Source: Nitrososphaeraceae archaeon (GTDB lineage: Archaea; Thermoproteota; Nitrososphaeria; Nitrososphaerales; Nitrososphaeraceae). Taken from it: a stretch of DNA of 42,839 nt. Within the stretch, counting starts at the first letter, position 1. Every line of letters starts with the position of its first letter. The notes under the pieces are model-generated. The model saw nothing but the letters and a program-made list of their open reading frames with translations, was not told the origin of the DNA and searched no databases. The stretch is from positions 1 through 42,839 of the forward strand of contig JBIOZG010000019.1 in NCBI GenBank assembly GCA_044870765.1, in the 5' to 3' direction. Shown in pieces: positions 39,314 to 42,839 of this stretch. The position numbers and the translations under genes are program-made.

Positions 39314-39539
39314 AGTAAATCTATTCTATTTACAGTGGTACAAAGTTCATATAGATTACGATTGTTAATTTGTCAAATTAGGGTAAGATTCACATTTGAT
39401 TCTCTAAAAATCAACAAAAGTGTAGGCTATTTCTCAATATGATTATTTATGAACCCGCAGGATATTGAAAACACACTTTTAAATGTGACAATCGAGCAGT
39501 ATATGTAAAACAAGTTCAAAGAGTGAATATAGGAAGCTA

Positions 39540-40277
39540 ATGAAATGTGAAATTTGTGATGTGAATGAAAGTATACCTTTTAGGTGTAATTATTGTAATA
39601 AAGTATTCTGTAGTCTGCACAGAATACCGATTAACCATTCATGCGTTTCTACGAGAGAGTACATTGACAGAAAAAACATGGTGAATAGCTATGCAAAGAA
39701 TTCAAATCTTAGAGTATTATTTAAGATAAAATTTTCTAAACTGGAAATATTTCACTTGTCCATTGCGACAATTTTAGTAACTGCTGTTGGTTTGTCATTC
39801 AATGGATATAGAAGTATATCTTGGCAATTTTTGTTAATTTTTGTTAGTGCCTTTCTGGTGCATGAATTAGCACATAAATTCCTAGCTCAATTTTATGGAA
39901 GTTGGTCGGAGTTTCGGGCAAACTTGTATGGACTAATCGTAACAGCCATTTCAGCACTTCCATTTATTCCATTCAAATTTATAGCTCCAGGTGCTGTTAT
40001 GATAGACTTATCGGACAGAGGTAAATTTGGAAGGGTTGCATTTATTGGACCGCTTACTAATCTTGTCATGGGATTAATGTTTTTGATATTATCTTACAAA
40101 TTTGCGGATGTAGGTTACTACCATATAGGAACAGTATTTAATTCTTGGATCGCCTTGTTTAATTTATTTCCATTTGGAAACCTTGATGGTCAGAAAATTT
40201 TTAGTTGGAATAAGATTGTATGGATTATCATGATTGCGAGTAGTATGGGATTGTTTGTTTTAAGTTATCAAATTTAA
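39540..40277 (+). CDS. AN1-type zinc finger fused to site-2 protease (M50)
   Basis: CEIC..PFRCNYC...FC..HR.P..HSC; HELAH; GPLTN; FNLFPFGNLDG. Confidence 0.9.
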   Translation: MKCEICDVNESIPFRCNYCNKVFCSLHRIPINHSCVSTREYIDRKNMVNSYAKNSNLRVLFKIKFSKLEIFHLSIATILVTAVGLSFNGYRSISWQFLLIFVSAFLVHELAHKFLAQFYGSWSEFRANLYGLIVTAISALPFIPFKFIAPGAVMIDLSDRGKFGRVAFIGPLTNLVMGLMFLILSYKFADVGYYHIGTVFNSWIALFNLFPFGNLDGQKIFSWNKIVWIIMIASSMGLFVLSYQI

Positions 40278-40322
40278 TAAAAAGTATTGATAATACTGGT
40301 TACCCAGTATCATCAGCTGTTT

Positions 40323-41387
40323 TCATTGGTTATTGTTGTCGTTGCTGCTGTCGTCAGCGTTGTTGCTGCTGTCGTCAGCGTTGTTGTCATTGTTGTTAGA
40401 TATTTCGTTCCTGTAAAAGTTTGGATCCTCAGAACAGTTCACTATTTCCTGATCACCTAGATTATTTCCTATTTTTCCCGCTAGATCTATACAGTCTTGG
40501 GTTTCTTGATCAGCTCCTTGATAAGCACCTGAATCTTGGAAAGCGCTCAACGATATTTTGTCAGTATCTACGTCACCATTCTTTATGTCATTAACTAACT
40601 CGTTAAGGTCGTCATAGTCTTCAGGATTATTGCTGTTATTATTTGAAGATTGATTATTGTTGTCTTCGTTGTTGGATGAGGAAGTGTCATCGGACGCAGA
40701 ACTATCAGTGGTGGTATCTGCATTAGAAGTCTTGGTATCATCAGTGGTGGTATCTGCATTAGAAGTCTGGGTATCGGATGTAGTATCTGCATTAGAAGTC
40801 TTGGTATCGGATGTAGTATCAGTTCCAGTTCCACTCTGCATATTATTACTCACGAATTCTCTGGCTTCAGCTTCTGTAAACTTTCCTGTTTTCACTAATT
40901 CATCAACCAAATTGTTTTCATTAGAATTATCGGAAGTTGATGTGGTATCAGCGGCATTGGAAGTTGATGTGGTATCAGTTCCGGTATCCGCAAGGCCAAT
41001 AGTTGCAGAAGTCCCATTAGTAGGAACAGTACTATTCGAGTATTTATTATTGAAATAGTTTACATCGTCTACGCAGTGAACTACTTCTCTATCAGTAAGA
41101 CTATCACCTATTTCTGCTGCTTGGTCTATACAGTCTTTCAGATTATCATCCGCATCATCATAAATGTCTGCTGCCTTCATTGACTGTATAGGTATTTCTT
41201 CTAATTCTTCATCACCACTTTTTACGGCTTTTGCAAAATCCGCTAGATCATCAAAACTTTCTAAGAGTTGTTGTTCCTTGTGTAAAGCTTGCACTGGAAT
41301 GTTATTAAAAACAAGGAAGAAAGCACTTACAGCTATAATTGTTCCTAATAAGAGAGATATGTTTACTATCGGCCGTGAATTGTTCAT
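40323..41387 (-). CDS. Secreted acidic protein with two copies of a Cys-pair domain and T/S/D/N low-complexity linkers
   Basis: Signal peptide; repeats YDDADDNLKDCIDQAAEIGDSLTDREVVHC..D.NYF and YQGADQETQDCIDLAGKIGNNLGDQEIVNC..D.NFY. Confidence 0.85.
   Translation of the reverse strand: MNNSRPIVNISLLLGTIIAVSAFFLVFNNIPVQALHKEQQLLESFDDLADFAKAVKSGDEELEEIPIQSMKAADIYDDADDNLKDCIDQAAEIGDSLTDREVVHCVDDVNYFNNKYSNSTVPTNGTSATIGLADTGTDTTSTSNAADTTSTSDNSNENNLVDELVKTGKFTEAEAREFVSNNMQSGTGTDTTSDTKTSNADTTSDTQTSNADTTTDDTKTSNADTTTDSSASDDTSSSNNEDNNNQSSNNNSNNPEDYDDLNELVNDIKNGDVDTDKISLSAFQDSGAYQGADQETQDCIDLAGKIGNNLGDQEIVNCSEDPNFYRNEISNNNDNNADDSSNNADDSSNDNNNQ
40704..40820. repeat. Imperfect 33-36 bp tandem repeat x3 (DTKTSNADTT)
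   Basis: GTATCTGCATTAGAAGTCT(T/G)GGTATC seen three times. Also a 21-bp x2 repeat at about 40341-40385 and a 27-bp-period x2 repeat at about 40932-40978. Confidence 0.9.
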
Positions 41388-42157
41388 TATTTAAAATTCT
41401 AAATTATCATAAATAAATCTTTTGAAATCTTTAAATAATCTATAAGCAATAATTGTAGTTTTTTCTGCTATATTTGTTCATCTTTTCAAGATAATCTGAA
41501 TGTTTCCAATTACATATGAGTAATTCCGAGTAGTCTTTCCTGCAGGCTTTAGGTCATTAAAAGATTAAATGTTAATTTTCCAACTAATCTTATTGAGGCC
41601 ATTTTGCAAAACCAATTTGTTAGTTTTTCAAAGTTTAACTCATGAATTCATCAGATTAAGAGAAATTTAGAGCTTGTGTTGTTTTTGAAGCACTATATTT
41701 CACTATTACCGGATAACGCTGACAAATGGGTTATTAATAGCTATCATTTTATGAAAAGGCATCCGAACAATACCATTTTATTCATCTGAAAACGTCATGT
41801 AACTGTAACAAGTATCGTTTAGCTCTATAGTAAAATAATAGTTTGTAATCAATTAATTTAATGTTACCTTTACGTTATTTTATATTGTTAAACCTTCGAT
41901 AACCAAGTGCTTTCTGAAATATTTCATCTCCAAATGGCACTTAAGAAGTAATAATGGTATCGCTCTTTCTTCCCCTAGCATAATAATGAAACATTATTAT
42001 GAATTTAAAGATCATAGACGCATGTTGATACGCATTAACGAATAATAATCAGCTTACAGGAGACCCAGCCAACGTAAAATCATGCGTATCTGTTATGCAA
42101 CATATTTCTTGAAGACTTATCTTGCTAATATGCAAAAAAAATTTAAAATATAATACA

Positions 42158-42391
42158 TCACAACGTTTTAGAAACAATTAGTGTTATTGTCGTTAATACT
42201 TTGTTCATTTTTCTAACATCCATATATATCGATTTTAATTGCTCCTCCGTTGGGGCAGATATTCTGACAACAATGTCGTAAACTCCAGAAACAGGGGACA
42301 CTTCTTCTACACCTTCGATTTTTCCGAGTTCTTCTACTACCTTATCTGACGAGGCAAGATCACAACAGATCAAGACATATGCATGGACCAT
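42158..42391 (-). CDS. Lrp/AsnC ligand-binding-domain protein (stand-alone)
   Basis: AYVLI.C...V.EV..V.GVYDIVV.I....L.......V..T.TLI. Confidence 0.9.
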   Translation of the reverse strand: MVHAYVLICCDLASSDKVVEELGKIEGVEEVSPVSGVYDIVVRISAPTEEQLKSIYMDVRKMNKVLTTITLIVSKTL

Positions 42392-42655
42392 GGATATACT
42401 ATAATATTATAGGGTTTAAATAAATACGACATCCAAACATATCACTAGTGATATATACATAATGTCTGACTCATTTACGCCATTAGTTTACAAGACGTGA
42501 TTTTTTGTAGACGAGATATTAGAGAAGTTTGTTAATGATGGATCTTGTGTTAATGATGGATATGGCATCAATTATCCTAGATTATTTGGCGAATATCTAT
42601 CTACCATCAAGATAGTTAGCAGATTTTATAAAAGAATGATAAGCATCTATTGTCT

Positions 42656-42839
42656 ATGACAAAGGCAACAATAGGGGAAAATCATAAGCGGTTTATAGAA
42701 GAAATGAATGCGGCAGAAGTTCGTAAAACAATCAATGAAAAAACCGTTGCGATTTTGGTTTTTGGTGCTTGTGAAAACCATGGAGATCACATGCCATTTG
42801 GATCCGATTTTATTTTCCCTATAGAAGTTGCAAAAAGAG
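42656..42839 (+). CDS. Creatininase/creatinine amidohydrolase family protein, N-terminal part (runs off window end)
   Basis: Not in ORF track. MTKATIGENHKRFIEEMNAAEVRKTINEKTVAILVFGACENHGDHMPFGSDFIFPIEVAKR carries the G..E.HG.H.P.G.D signature. Confidence 0.88.
   Translation, partial: MTKATIGENHKRFIEEMNAAEVRKTINEKTVAILVFGACENHGDHMPFGSDFIFPIEVAKR

Noticed and set aside
41400-42150. Possible decayed genes in a 750-bp gap
   Set aside because: Only short, stop-riddled frames; no family recognised.
42462-42650. Short duplication TGTTAATGATGGAT and a broken frame upstream of the creatininase gene
   Set aside because: Too short and unrecognisable to support a feature.

Overview
AT-rich archaeal chromosomal segment. 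Gene content and family signatures (soil-type NirK N-terminus, DUF6659-like pair, thaumarchaeal HD protein, ValRS with PWHIGAA) point to an ammonia-oxidizing archaeon of the Nitrososphaeraceae (inference from recalled family motifs, no database search run). It opens with the 5' end of a probable nirK missed by the ORF track, carrying a (GQDQ)8 repeat. Housekeeping and metabolic genes follow (purB, queD-like, valS, Sm protein, tag, oxidoreductases, transporters). An accessory middle region holds three unannotated pseudogenes (response regulator, phasin-like protein, sensor histidine kinase), a multi-hairpin non-coding element at 11.0-11.3 kb, and a GC-richer, Chlamydiae-like SET-domain lysine methyltransferase gene next to a Mesh1/SpoT-like HD hydrolase. 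The right side holds a polyphosphate locus (ppx, two thymidylate-kinase-like PPK3-type subunits, two SixA phosphatases) and ends in a partial creatininase-family gene. No rRNA, tRNA, CRISPR array or intact transposase was seen.
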